64,000 nucleotides of DNA from an uncultured Pseudobdellovibrionaceae bacterium (GCA_964577255.1 CAZNYM010000004.1:804-64803); one strand, 5' to 3'; shown: positions 1-9,719, numbered from the stretch's first letter. Translations and numbers: made by a program. The notes: generated by a model from the sequence alone, not told the origin.

Positions 1-2083
1 GCAGGATGCGGTCGTCGTCGAGCGATTCGACTTTCTCCATCGCTTTTTCGATGGCGGCGTTGATGGTGCCGATTTTCTCGTCCCGCTTGTTGCTGCGCGC
101 GGGATCGAAGCGCGCCGCGAACAGATTGATGAAAAGTTGGGCGATGGCGGGATGGCGCGTCAGTGCCGATTCCATATACATCTTGCCGAACGGATTGGCG
201 GTCTGGCGCAGATAGCGGACATAGGCGCGCAGTACCACAATCGCGCGCCAGTCGAGGCCTGCGCCCAGCACAAGCTGGTTGAGCGTGTCGTTCTCGGCCT
301 CGCCATACCATAAACGAATAAAATCCTCTTCGAATCGCAGTTTGGTTTCGGTCGTCGATTTGTTGAAATCGGGGAAGGCGGGATTCTTGATCTCCATCAG
401 GAAGTCGTGAATCCACACCGGCGCGCAGGCGCCCGCCGGCCGCACCGAGAACGGCAGCTCGGATATGGTGCGCAGGCCCATGTTCTCAAGGATCGGCAGG
501 GCGTCCGACAGCGTGATCGGCTCGCCCTTGTGGAAGATCTTCAGGCGCACCTGGCGCGGGCCGCAGGTGTGATCCTTGTAGAGATCGAGCGAGAACCGGT
601 CGCCTTTGAGGGTCTGCTCGATCTTACCGATATCGTGCCAGGCCTGCCGCGCTTCATAATGATCCTGATAGCCGGAAGGGAAAGCATTGCCGTAACGGGT
701 CAGCAGGCCCGCCACCTTCTCGCCGTCGGCGAGCTTGACCAGCAGCGCCTCGGCCAGTTTTTCGCTCCATACGGCGCCGGCGTCCTGCAGGCGTTTTTCT
801 ATTGGCGCGGTGGAATATTGCGGTGGGTTGGCGGGATCGATGTCGATCACATACATGACGCGCGCGAGTGGTGAGTCATCGAGCGTGGTGTAAAAGTTGC
901 TGCAGGTGCCGCGCAGGTCTTTTTCCAGTATGTCCTGGAAGGTGGCACGCAGCTGCGAGTCGTAACGTTCGCGCGGCACGTAGACGAGGCAGGAGATGAA
1001 GCGGTCGAAGGTGTCCTTGCGGTTATAGAGGGCGATGCGCCGGCGCTCCTGCAGGACCAGAATGCTGCGGATGATTTTTTCAAGGCGCGAAAGCTTGATC
1101 TGAAACAGCTCGTCGCGCGGATATTTTTCGAGGATATGGCGCAGGGCTTTGTAATCGTGCGAGCCCGGCCGCGCGTCGAAGGCGGCCAGCACCTGATCGG
1201 CCTTGCGGCGCAGGACGGGAATGTCGGTGATGCTGCGGGAATAGGTGACGGAAGTGAACAGGCCGATGAAAACCAGAACGCCCTTCACCCCGCCCTTGTC
1301 GTCGAGCGCGCGCACGGCCACGGCGTCAAGCGGCACCGGGCGGTGCACGGTCGAGCGCCGGCCCAGCTTGGTGATGACGAGCGGCCCCAGTTCGTCGTTT
1401 TTCCCGAACAGGCCGGGCGGAAGATCCTCGCGCGCCTGTGTGCCCAGGAAGGGCGGCTTGAGCCGGGCGTCGAGCAGGCCGCGGCTTTCGCCGCTGATCT
1501 GGCCCTTGCCGTTGTAATAGGCGTAGCCCAGCAGCGTGAAATTATCCTGATAAAGATAGGAAAGAAAATCGCAGCCCTCTGCAATATCCTCGGGCGTCGT
1601 CAGGCGCGCGGGCGTTTTCTTCAGCACCTCCTGCGCGTGCAGGAGCGCCTTGCGCATGGCTTCCCAGTCGCCGGTGGCGGCCTTGACGTCGCGCAGCACC
1701 GTTTCCAGGCCGCCGTGCAGGCTTTTCTGCCCCTCGGGCGTGGTCGTGCCCTGCAGCACCATGTGGATGTGCGACAGATGATCCATGATCGGGTGGATCA
1801 GCATCTGGATGGTGCGGCCCTGCCGCGCCATTTCCGAGGCGATGGAATCGACCAGGAAGGGGCGGTCGTCGCTGACGATGTCGATCAGCGTTTGCCCCTG
1901 GCTCCAGCTTCTGCCGGCCAGCGGCGGCACGGTGACGGCGATCAGCGGTTTGCCGGCCTGGTGCTTTTGCGCCAGCGTCTCGTGACGCGCGGCCAGCGCC
2001 GCAAGGCCGTCCCTGCCCAGGGCGCTTTTATCCTCTCCGGCGATCTGGGTGGTGAAAGCGGCGGCGAAGGAGGAAGCAGGCAT
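1..2083 (-). CDS. NAD-specific glutamate dehydrogenase (large ~1600-aa bacterial class), N-terminal ~694 codons; the 3' end runs off the window start
   Basis: Absent from the ORF track because no stop codon lies in the window. Manual translation from ATG 2083 gives MPASSFAAAFTTQIAGEDKSALGRDGL...DIVSDDRPFLVDSIASEM...FIGLFTSVTYSRSITDIPVLRRKADQV. The frame is still open at nt 2 (...AAIEKAMEKVESLDDDRIL). I recognise these motifs from the bacterial NAD-GDH family. The + strand ORFs here are Arg/Gly-rich shadows. Confidence 0.75.
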   Translation of the reverse strand, partial: MPASSFAAAFTTQIAGEDKSALGRDGLAALAARHETLAQKHQAGKPLIAVTVPPLAGRSWSQGQTLIDIVSDDRPFLVDSIASEMARQGRTIQMLIHPIMDHLSHIHMVLQGTTTPEGQKSLHGGLETVLRDVKAATGDWEAMRKALLHAQEVLKKTPARLTTPEDIAEGCDFLSYLYQDNFTLLGYAYYNGKGQISGESRGLLDARLKPPFLGTQAREDLPPGLFGKNDELGPLVITKLGRRSTVHRPVPLDAVAVRALDDKGGVKGVLVFIGLFTSVTYSRSITDIPVLRRKADQVLAAFDARPGSHDYKALRHILEKYPRDELFQIKLSRLEKIIRSILVLQERRRIALYNRKDTFDRFISCLVYVPRERYDSQLRATFQDILEKDLRGTCSNFYTTLDDSPLARVMYVIDIDPANPPQYSTAPIEKRLQDAGAVWSEKLAEALLVKLADGEKVAGLLTRYGNAFPSGYQDHYEARQAWHDIGKIEQTLKGDRFSLDLYKDHTCGPRQVRLKIFHKGEPITLSDALPILENMGLRTISELPFSVRPAGACAPVWIHDFLMEIKNPAFPDFNKSTTETKLRFEEDFIRLWYGEAENDTLNQLVLGAGLDWRAIVVLRAYVRYLRQTANPFGKMYMESALTRHPAIAQLFINLFAARFDPARSNKRDEKIGTINAAIEKAMEKVESLDDDRIL

Positions 2084-2234
2084 GATCGGCAATCCCAAAC
2101 TGAAAGGAAACGGGCGGGCGGAAAACTAGGCCACGGTTGGTATAATAACAAGCGTTGCCGCGCAGGTCTGCCCCGTAAAAATTTCATGCGGCCTTAATCA
2201 TGCAATATTTTTCATGCTGCGCCGCAGGCGCGGA

Positions 2235-3017
2235 TCAACGCGCCGTCCAGCCGCCGTCGACCGGAAGGGCCGCACCCGTTATATTGTGCGCCGCGTCAGA
2301 ACACAGGAACACCGCCAGCGCGCCGATATCGCCGACTTCGGTGAATTTCTTGGTCGGGTGGGGCTGGAGGATGATGTTCTCGATCACTTCGCTTTCGGAA
2401 ATGCCATGCACCTTGGCCTGATCCTTCACCTGGCCCTGGACCAGCGGCGTGTTGACATATCCCGGGCAGATAGCGTTGACCGTGATCCCGTGCGTGGCAA
2501 CCTCGAGCGCGACGGATTTTGTCAGGCCCATGATGCCGTGCTTGGCCGCGACATAGGCCGATTTGAACGGCGAGGCGACCAGGGCATGGGCGGAAGCGAC
2601 ATTGATCACGCGTCCCCAGCCTTTTTTTTTCATGCTGGGCACAAGCGCCTTGGTGGTGTGAAAGGCCGACACCAGATTGATGGCGATGATCGCCTGCCAT
2701 TTGTCGTCGGGGAATTCGTCGATCGGGCTGACATGCTGGATGCCGGCATTGTTGACCAGGATGTCGACCGCGCCGAAGCTGCTTGCGGCCTGGGCGCACA
2801 TATCGCGGATCTGCTCGGGCTTTGTCATGTCGGCGCCGTGATAGACAGCGCGCACTTTGTGGGTGTTTTCAATCTCGAGCCGCAGTTTTTCAATCGCGGC
2901 GGCGTCACCCAGCCCGTTGAGGACGATATTCACGCCCTGCGCCGCCAGGGCCTGCGCCACCCCGAGGCCGATGCCGCTGGTGGAGCCGGTGATGAGGGCC
3001 GTCTTGTTCTTGAGCAT
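2235..3017 (-). CDS. bdhA: 3-hydroxybutyrate dehydrogenase (short-chain dehydrogenase/reductase)
   Basis: 260 aa. TGSTSGIGLG Rossmann motif, NNAG, YVAAKHG catalytic Y-x3-K, overall length and C-terminal GGWTAR typical of BdhA. ATG confirmed at 3017. Confidence 0.9.
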   Translation of the reverse strand: MLKNKTALITGSTSGIGLGVAQALAAQGVNIVLNGLGDAAAIEKLRLEIENTHKVRAVYHGADMTKPEQIRDMCAQAASSFGAVDILVNNAGIQHVSPIDEFPDDKWQAIIAINLVSAFHTTKALVPSMKKKGWGRVINVASAHALVASPFKSAYVAAKHGIMGLTKSVALEVATHGITVNAICPGYVNTPLVQGQVKDQAKVHGISESEVIENIILQPHPTKKFTEVGDIGALAVFLCSDAAHNITGAALPVDGGWTAR

Positions 3018-3089
3018 GAAAAATTCCCGTCAGAATGAACAGGCAGGAATTCTAGCCGGGTTTGATCCCGGATCAAAGGGCGCTTGCCG

Positions 3090-3266
3090 TCAGTCGATCT
3101 TGAATTTGGGGTCTTTGCCGATGAGGGCGCAGGCCGCGACTTTGGCGATAACGCAAGCGGTGAGGGCCCAGCTCAGGGCTTCACAGGCGGCGTTGTTGAA
3201 GGCGTTATTGGTGCGTGCCGGTGCGGGCTTGAGCTCGGGCGGCAGGGTTTCGCGTTGTTCCGTCAT
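3090..3266 (-). CDS. Hypothetical small protein (58 aa), below the ORF-track cutoff
   Basis: Manual translation: MTEQRETLPPELKPAPARTNNAFNNAACEALSWALTACVIAKVAACALIGKDPKFKID. It is preceded by GGGAGATAAAAC (SD-like), and third codon positions are strongly G/C-biased like the host genes. No family recognised. Confidence 0.35.
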   Translation of the reverse strand: MTEQRETLPPELKPAPARTNNAFNNAACEALSWALTACVIAKVAACALIGKDPKFKID

Positions 3267-3440
3267 GTTTTATCTCCCTTGATTCATTAAGAATTGAATC
3301 TGAAAAATAAGATAGTCCAGTCGCGCGAAAAAATCAAATTTCGCCCTGCGCCGCACAAGGCCGGGCCATTGTGCAAGGCCTCCGCCTCTTCTACCCTGCC
3401 GGAAGCGCCACCGCCAAATAAAAAATAGGGAGAATTCATC

Positions 3441-4502
3441 ATGACCGATCTTTTTGAAAATCCGCTCGGGACGGATGGTTTCGCCTTCGTCGAATATACC
3501 GGCGAACCTGCGATCCTGGAAAAGCTTTTCGCCGATTTCGGCTTCACCGCCGTGGCAAAGCACAAGAAGCGCAACGTGGTGTTGTACCGCCAGGGCGGCG
3601 TCAATTTCCTGCTCAACCATGAAACCGCGGGCCAGCCCGGCGCGTTCCAGAAGGTGCACACATCCGGCGCCTCGGCCATGGGCTTCCGGGTCAAGGACGC
3701 GAAGCAGGCGATCGCCGAAGCCATCAAGCGCGGCGCCGAGCAGGTGAAAGATCATCAGGGCTCGATGGAGGCGGCGGTGCCCGCGATCAAGGGCATCGGC
3801 GGCTGTCTGATCTATTTTATCGACGATGACGGGCTGTATGACCGCGATTTCGATTTTTATCCCGGCAAGGATAAAACGCCCAAGGGCGTCGGCTTTACTT
3901 ATATCGACCACCTGACCCACAACGTACAGCGCGGCAACATGGCGGTGTGGGCGAAGTTTTACGAAGACATTTTCAACTTCCGCGAGATCCGCTATTTCGA
4001 CATTGAAGGCAAGCTGACGGGCCTTAAATCCAAGGCCATGACCAGCCCCTGCGGCCGGATCCGCATCCCGCTCAACGAATCCTCGGACGACAAATCGCAG
4101 ATCGCCGAATTCCTCCGGCGCTATAACGGCGAAGGCATTCAGCATATCGCCCTTGGCACGAATGATATCTACAAGACGGTCGAGATGATGCGCGCCCAGG
4201 GCGTGCCGTTCCAGTCCACCCCCGACACCTATTACGAGATGCTGGATAAAAGAATCCCCGGCCACGGCGAGGACGTGACCCGGCTCAAGGCGCTGCAGAT
4301 TCTCATGGACGGCGCGCCGACCGAGGACCAGGGATTGCTGCTGCAGATTTTCACCCGCGACGCCATCGGCCCGATCTTTTTCGAGATCATCCAGCGCAAG
4401 GGCAACGAGGGCTTCGGCGAAGGCAACTTCAAGGCGCTGTTCGAATCGATCGAGCTCGACCAGATCCGCCGCGGCGTGCTGAAGGATGAAAAGAGGGCGT
4501 AG
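3441..4502 (+). CDS. hppD: 4-hydroxyphenylpyruvate dioxygenase
   Basis: 353 aa. N-terminus NPLGTDGFAFVEYTG, two VOC-fold halves, IQHIAL and FFEIIQRKG...GFGEGNFKALFESIE motifs typical of HPPD. Confidence 0.92.
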   Translation: MTDLFENPLGTDGFAFVEYTGEPAILEKLFADFGFTAVAKHKKRNVVLYRQGGVNFLLNHETAGQPGAFQKVHTSGASAMGFRVKDAKQAIAEAIKRGAEQVKDHQGSMEAAVPAIKGIGGCLIYFIDDDGLYDRDFDFYPGKDKTPKGVGFTYIDHLTHNVQRGNMAVWAKFYEDIFNFREIRYFDIEGKLTGLKSKAMTSPCGRIRIPLNESSDDKSQIAEFLRRYNGEGIQHIALGTNDIYKTVEMMRAQGVPFQSTPDTYYEMLDKRIPGHGEDVTRLKALQILMDGAPTEDQGLLLQIFTRDAIGPIFFEIIQRKGNEGFGEGNFKALFESIELDQIRRGVLKDEKRA

Positions 4503-5477
4503 ATGAAACTCGCTTCGCTCAGGCACGGACGGGACGGGCGGCTGGCGGTCGTCAGCCGCGATCTGACCCGTTACGCCGATGTCAGCGGCATAGCACCCAC
4601 CATGCAAAGCCTGCTCGATAGCTGGGATGTCCTGGCGCCGCGCGTGCGGATCGTGGCGGAGGGGCTGGAACAGGGCGAAGTGGCAGGCGAAGCGTTCGAT
4701 CCCGCCCGCTGCGCCGCACCGCTGCCCCGGGCTTATGCGATCGCCGACGGCAGCGCCTATCTGCATCACGTAGAGCTGGTGCGCAAGGCACGCGGCGCGG
4801 TGATGCCGCCCGAATTTCTCAACGACCCGCTGATGTATCAGGCCGTTTCCGACACCATTCTCGCACCCACTGCGCCCATTGCTGTGGCGGAGGAAAGTTT
4901 CGGCATCGATTTCGAAGCCGAGGTGGCTGTCGTCATCGGCGATGTGCCAGCGGGCATCGCCGCGCGGCCGGCGCTTGAACATGTCCGCCTGGTGATGCTG
5001 ATGAACGATGTGTCGCTGCGCAACCTGATCCCGGGCGAGCTCGCCAAGGGTTTCGGTTTCTTTCAGAGCAAGCCGCCCAGCGCCTTCTCACCCGTCGCTG
5101 TGACGCTGGACGAGCTGGGCCCGGCCTGGCGCGCGGGCAAACTGCACCGCCCGCTCTTCAGTACGCTGAACGGCCGGGAAGTGGGCCGCCCCGACGCCGG
5201 CACCGACATGCAGTTCGATTTCGGAACGCTGATCGCGCACGCCGCGCGCACAAGGCCCCTGGGCGCCGGGACTATCGTGGGCTCGGGCACGGTGTCGAAC
5301 CGCGATCCGGCCGCCGGCATAAGCTGCCTGGCCGAGCGGCGCATGATCGAGCAGATCGAAACCGGAGCGGCCATCACCCCGTTCATGAGTTTCGGCGACA
5401 CCATCCGCATCGAGATGAAGGACGAGGCGGGCCGGAGCATCTTTGGTGCCATCGAACAGAAAGTCGTGAAGGCATGA
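4503..5477 (+). CDS. Fumarylacetoacetate hydrolase family protein (short ~325-aa type; probable fumarylacetoacetase of the homogentisate pathway)
   Basis: 324 aa. MKLASLRHGRDGRLAVVSRDL N-terminus and a FAH-fold C-terminal half (DFEAEVAVVIG, GTIVGSGTVSN). The start abuts the hppD stop, and the 3' end overlaps the maiA start (ATGA). Confidence 0.8.
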   Translation: MKLASLRHGRDGRLAVVSRDLTRYADVSGIAPTMQSLLDSWDVLAPRVRIVAEGLEQGEVAGEAFDPARCAAPLPRAYAIADGSAYLHHVELVRKARGAVMPPEFLNDPLMYQAVSDTILAPTAPIAVAEESFGIDFEAEVAVVIGDVPAGIAARPALEHVRLVMLMNDVSLRNLIPGELAKGFGFFQSKPPSAFSPVAVTLDELGPAWRAGKLHRPLFSTLNGREVGRPDAGTDMQFDFGTLIAHAARTRPLGAGTIVGSGTVSNRDPAAGISCLAERRMIEQIETGAAITPFMSFGDTIRIEMKDEAGRSIFGAIEQKVVKA

Positions 5478-6142
5478 TGCGGCTTTACAGCTATTTCCGT
5501 TCCTCGACCGCCTACCGCGTGCGCATCGCGCTGCATCTGAAAAACATCCCTCATGAGATCGTTCCCGTAAACCTCGCCGCCGGCGCGCAGAACGAGGCCG
5601 CGTATAAAGACATCAATCCGATGGAAGCCGTGCCGCTGCTGGAGCATGACGGCTTCCGGCTGACGCAGTCGCTCGCGATTCTCAACTATCTCGACAATAT
5701 CGCGCCCGCGCCGCCGCTTGCGCCCGAGGATGTGAAAGAGCAGGCCTATGTGCGCCAGATCGCGCTCGCCATCGCGACCGACATTCACCCGCTCACCAAT
5801 CTGCGCGTTCTTAAATATCTCGGCGCGGACGAGGCGAAGAAAAAAGAATGGTACGCGCACTGGGCGCGCCTGGGGATGACGGGGGTGGAAGCACTTTTGC
5901 GCACACAGGGGCGCTGCGGCCGCTTTGCCTGCGGCGAGCAGGTCAGCGTCGCCGATCTTTGCATCGTGCCGCAGATGTACAACATGCGCCGTTACGGGCT
6001 TGAGACCGGCGATCTGGCTTTATGCCGCCGGATCGAAGCGAACAGCCTGAAGCTGGACGCTTTCCGCAAGGCCGCGCCGGAAGCTCAGCCTGACGCGCCG
6101 CCGGGGCTTGAGGATATTCACGGTCCCGGCTTCAAGGAATAA
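5474..6142 (+). CDS. maiA: Maleylacetoacetate isomerase (GST zeta class)
   Basis: 222 aa. LYSYFRSSTAYRVRIALHLK N-terminus with the SS(T/C) zeta-class motif, and a GST C-terminal domain. Confidence 0.88.
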   Translation: MMRLYSYFRSSTAYRVRIALHLKNIPHEIVPVNLAAGAQNEAAYKDINPMEAVPLLEHDGFRLTQSLAILNYLDNIAPAPPLAPEDVKEQAYVRQIALAIATDIHPLTNLRVLKYLGADEAKKKEWYAHWARLGMTGVEALLRTQGRCGRFACGEQVSVADLCIVPQMYNMRRYGLETGDLALCRRIEANSLKLDAFRKAAPEAQPDAPPGLEDIHGPGFKE

Positions 6143-6159
6143 AAAACAGGGAGAAGAAA

Positions 6160-7023
6160 ATGGAGACAGCGCAGTATGAAGGTAATCCGATGGGCCACGG
6201 GGAAAGCGACGACTACAGCCGCTACCTCATCGATCAGAAATGGAAATCCTATACAAAAGAAGAACACGAGACCTGGGGCATCCTCCACCGCCGGCAAAGC
6301 GAGATTCTGAAAGAACGCGCCTGCCCGGAATTTCTATCGTGCATGAAGGATTTAGCGATCCATGACGGCGAGATCCCCGATTTCGGCGATCTGAATAAAA
6401 GACTCAAGAGCCTGAGCGGCTGGGAAGTGGTGGCGGTGCCGGGGCTGATTCCCAATCGGCCGTTCTTCAAGCTGCTCTCCGAACGCAAATTCCCCGCCGG
6501 CACCTTCATCCGCAAAAGAAGCCAGCTCGATTACATCGAGGAGCCGGATGTGTTTCATGACGCATACGGTCATGTGCCGCTGCTGGCGCATCCGGTGTTC
6601 GCCGATTACCTGCAGGCTTACGGCCGGGGGGGATTGCGTGCGCACGATTTCGGCACGATCGACAATCTGGCGCGGCTGTACTGGTACACGGTCGAGTTTG
6701 GCCTGATCGGCACGCCGCAGGGGCTCAAGATCTATGGTTCCGGCATATTGTCTTCGCCCGGCGAGTCGGTTTTCTCACTGGAAGACGATTCGCCGCACCG
6801 CCTGGGCTTCGACTTGCGGCGGGTCATGCGCACCACTTACCGCGTGGATGATTACCAGCAGCTTTATTTTGTCATCGACAGCTTTCAGCAGCTTTTCGAT
6901 GAAACGTACCAGGACTTCGCGGCGCTTTACCGCGAGCTTTCCCAAAATTCCAGACAATACACCCCCCTCGACCTTCTCCCGGGGGACAAGGTCGTGACAA
7001 AGGGTACGCAGACGCGGACCTGA
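6160..7023 (+). CDS. phhA: Phenylalanine 4-hydroxylase
   Basis: 287 aa. EPDVFHDAYGHVPLL iron-ligand motif and YWYTVEFGL, typical of bacterial aromatic amino acid hydroxylases. Confidence 0.92.
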   Translation: METAQYEGNPMGHGESDDYSRYLIDQKWKSYTKEEHETWGILHRRQSEILKERACPEFLSCMKDLAIHDGEIPDFGDLNKRLKSLSGWEVVAVPGLIPNRPFFKLLSERKFPAGTFIRKRSQLDYIEEPDVFHDAYGHVPLLAHPVFADYLQAYGRGGLRAHDFGTIDNLARLYWYTVEFGLIGTPQGLKIYGSGILSSPGESVFSLEDDSPHRLGFDLRRVMRTTYRVDDYQQLYFVIDSFQQLFDETYQDFAALYRELSQNSRQYTPLDLLPGDKVVTKGTQTRT

Positions 7024-7124
7024 TTCTCGGGCCCGGCGTCATCCCCCCGGCCGTTACCGGCACAGGGGTTTGTCATCTTTATTGTCAGAATACTCGTTTA
7101 CCTCATGCTTTCCTCACGATTCGC

Positions 7125-8180
7125 TCAGGGAGCTGGTTGCAGATCAAGGACGATCCGGTGGTGGGGGCTATCACCACCGGGATTAAGCGGGAAGGCGCCG
7201 GCCAGCCGGGCCCCCCCTCTTAAAACCACGATAAGACGGGCACCCGCACCGCTTTCCAGCGGCTGGGCGCTCCAGGACTGAACAAGGCTGCCGGCGCTTC
7301 CTGTGCCGGCAGAGGGGCCCGTCCAGGCACCTTCGGCGATCTCGATCACCAGCAGGTTCTCGGCATTGTCGAGATCCTGGCGGAAACTGAGGGAAGCCGT
7401 GGCGTCGAAGACGAGCCTGGTGTTTGCGCCGTTCATACCCAGACGCAGTCCCAGAATCTGGGGCTGGCCGGGGCTGGCGACGGGGAACGCGGCGGCGGCT
7501 TCAGGCGGGGGCGGGGCCTGGGGCTGCGCTTGGGCGTTGGCGACCTCCTCGTAACCGGCCGCCGGGGGCTCAGGCAAAGGTGACGCGCCCTGCGCCCCCA
7601 CCGGATTTTCGTCCGGCGAAGGCGGCAGGGCGGGCACCAGAGACGCCGCCCCTTCCACGGCCGGCGGCATATCTGCCGGTTCGGCCGGGAAGGGTTGGGC
7701 GCCATTATCCGCTGCAGGATAATTAGAGGGGGGCTCATTCTGCAGCAGGATCTCGAGCTGGCTGGTCAGGTCGCGGATGTCTTTTTCCACGGCGACCAGC
7801 CGCAAAATGGAAGGTAAAACGGACTCAAAGTCGCGCCGGAGCTCGATAACGGCGTTCTCGACGCGCTGGATGCGCGCATCGGGATCGCTGATCTCCTCGG
7901 CGAATAGTTTTTCGTAATTCACGCCGCGGGCGGCCATGACCGGCAGACCTTGCGCATCGCGCGGCCTTCCGGTTTCGCCGGGCAGCGGCGGACGGTCGCC
8001 TATGACCGGCGGGCCGGTGAGCGGGGCAATGACACCAGGCGCGCTGGCTCCGGGCGCAGGGGCGGCGCCGGGATTTTCTCCTGAATTTTCAGAGGGTTGC
8101 GCGGAGGGGCTGGGGGTGTCGTTGCCGGGCAGCATACCGCAGGCGGAAACAAAAACACACGTAAGCAGGGCAATCATCAT
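7125..8180 (-). CDS. Proline-rich lipoprotein with central coiled coil and C-terminal AMIN-like domain
   Basis: Track ORF is 7125-8252. I prefer the MM start at 8180/8177, giving MMIALLTCVFVSAC (lipobox-like VSAC). Long Pro/Ala-rich linkers, a heptad-like segment (IQRVENAVIELRRDFESVLPSILRLVAVEKDIRDLTSQLEILL), and a C-terminus (ILGLRLG..TRLVFD....HHRIVLDL) resembling the AMIN domain of AmiC/PilQ. Confidence 0.6.
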   Translation of the reverse strand: MMIALLTCVFVSACGMLPGNDTPSPSAQPSENSGENPGAAPAPGASAPGVIAPLTGPPVIGDRPPLPGETGRPRDAQGLPVMAARGVNYEKLFAEEISDPDARIQRVENAVIELRRDFESVLPSILRLVAVEKDIRDLTSQLEILLQNEPPSNYPAADNGAQPFPAEPADMPPAVEGAASLVPALPPSPDENPVGAQGASPLPEPPAAGYEEVANAQAQPQAPPPPEAAAAFPVASPGQPQILGLRLGMNGANTRLVFDATASLSFRQDLDNAENLLVIEIAEGAWTGPSAGTGSAGSLVQSWSAQPLESGAGARLIVVLRGGARLAGAFPLNPGGDSPHHRIVLDLQPAP

Positions 8181-8393
8181 GCCCTGCTTACGTGTGTATA
8201 TGAATCCTTTTTTGCCGGAGAATCCCGGCATGAAAGTCCAGAGACTGGACATCAGGATAGAGTCCTAGATCTGCAGTATGAGCCCCTGAGCGAATCGCTC
8301 ACTTTACAGGGTACGGGCCAAGCGGGGGGTCGGTCAACCCGATTTGGTTATTTTAGAAGGGGTTAGACTCAAGGAGAGGGAAAACCGAGTCAA

Positions 8394-9236
8394 TCAGCCG
8401 CCTACAGGCATGGTCAGCTCGTCGAACGTGGTGCCTTTGTCCGGCCCGTCGCCTTCATAAACGATGCGGATGGTGCCACCCGGCACGGCGTCGACATCGA
8501 GACGGATACGCCCCTCGCGCTTGGTGATCTCGGAGAACACGTTGACGTTGTTGGTGATGCCGATCTGCCGTTCCGACTCGCCGGGCGGGGTCCAGTAAGC
8601 GATCAGCTTGCCCATGGTGCTGTGGGTGCCGCTGCGGGTCAGCGTCATTTTCAGCATCGGTTTCCCCCCCGGTTTGGGCGGCGGCGTGAAATAAGGATTG
8701 GAAATAGCGGCCGAGGCCACGGCCGACCCCTTGCGAATGATGATCGGCACGGCGATGCCGACATTCATGCCGAGTTGTATATCAAGGCCCTTGCCAGGAC
8801 GTTTTCTTGCCGGCGTGGCAGCGGCATTCTGCAGCAGCATATGGACGCGGTAATCGCCATCGGGAAGGTCGGGCGGGCGCCGCAGCGACACGCGGATTTT
8901 CTGCTTGCGGCCGGGTTCGAGCGTCACCTGGCGCGGGCTGAACATCAGCATTTTGGCGGGATCGAATTCAGGGTTTACGGGCCCCTCCTTGGTATCGTAT
9001 CCGCCGGTTTCGTTCTGCCACAGATGTTCCAGCTTGATGCGGAAGGTCGATACATCCTTGTCAGTATTGACCAGGTTGATGTCGTGCATACGGTCACGAT
9101 CGAGGAAGATGAGGCGCACCGGCATGATCAGCATGTCGGCCCGCGCCGCGAACGGCTGGAAAACCGTCATCAGGGCCAAGCCTGCTAGGAACGATAGCAT
9201 GAATTGCCGAAAACGGTGTGCAAGCAGAAGCTTCAT
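8394..9236 (-). CDS. Periplasmic pilus/fimbrial chaperone (PapD-like, archaic CsuC-like type)
   Basis: 280 aa with a signal peptide. Two Ig-like halves showing the pattern MPVRLIF...INLVNTD...FRIKL...FSPRQVTLEPGRKQKIRVSL...DYRVHMLL...IAVPIII, typical of chaperone-usher chaperones. Confidence 0.75.
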   Translation of the reverse strand: MKLLLAHRFRQFMLSFLAGLALMTVFQPFAARADMLIMPVRLIFLDRDRMHDINLVNTDKDVSTFRIKLEHLWQNETGGYDTKEGPVNPEFDPAKMLMFSPRQVTLEPGRKQKIRVSLRRPPDLPDGDYRVHMLLQNAAATPARKRPGKGLDIQLGMNVGIAVPIIIRKGSAVASAAISNPYFTPPPKPGGKPMLKMTLTRSGTHSTMGKLIAYWTPPGESERQIGITNNVNVFSEITKREGRIRLDVDAVPGGTIRIVYEGDGPDKGTTFDELTMPVGG

Positions 9237-9248
9237 GGGTATACCCTC

Positions 9249-9719
9249 CTAGAAAACGAATACGATTGTCAAGTCGACACCATCGCTGTAGGGCCCGCTG
9301 GGGTAATAGCTGCCGTTACCGTTAAGGCGCAGCGTACCCCCCAGATACAGCATGGCGTCGCCGTTATTGTCGGTGATCGGGTTGTTGTGCGTGATGTCGA
9401 TGATCTCCATTTCCTGGCCCGTACCCGTATCGTTCAGGGTCAGTTCACCGTCGTCGATGGTGACGCCCAGCGCCGTATTGGGGGTTAGGGCGTCGAGTAT
9501 GTATTCGCCACGCTGCGGCGCATCGCCTATAATAAAAGCCGGATCGGCGACATAGTTGCCCGTGTTGGGGTCGATAATGATCGTGTGCTGGGCGTCGTTA
9601 TTGCGCAGGCCAAAGCGCCCAAAGCTCAGATCCTGGTCGATCGTCAACTGCTGGGCGCTCGCCTGTGCAGGGGCAAAAAAAGCTGCGCCGCAAACGATTA
9701 AGGCTGTCAGAAGTCTCAT
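9249..9719 (-). CDS. Secreted pilus-subunit-like protein (DUF4402-like), minor subunit candidate
   Basis: Track ORF is 9249-9821. I prefer ATG 9719 (MRLLTALIVCGAAFFAPAQASA signal peptide). DLSFGRF...GEYILD...MLYLGGTLRLNG...GPYSDGVDLTIVF matches my memory of the DUF4402 pattern. This needs HMM confirmation. Confidence 0.6.
   Translation of the reverse strand: MRLLTALIVCGAAFFAPAQASAQQLTIDQDLSFGRFGLRNNDAQHTIIIDPNTGNYVADPAFIIGDAPQRGEYILDALTPNTALGVTIDDGELTLNDTGTGQEMEIIDITHNNPITDNNGDAMLYLGGTLRLNGNGSYYPSGPYSDGVDLTIVFVF

Noticed and set aside
1136-2197. 353-aa + strand ORF (and 407-874) across the first 2 kb
   Set aside because: The composition is Arg/Gly/Ala-rich and typical of an antisense frame in high-GC DNA. 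The opposite strand encodes a recognisable NAD-glutamate dehydrogenase that stays open through the whole region.
3270-4982. 570-aa minus-strand ORF overlapping hppD and the FAH-family gene
   Set aside because: It is an antisense shadow of two well-supported + strand genes. It has no motifs and a skewed Arg/Ala/Gly composition.
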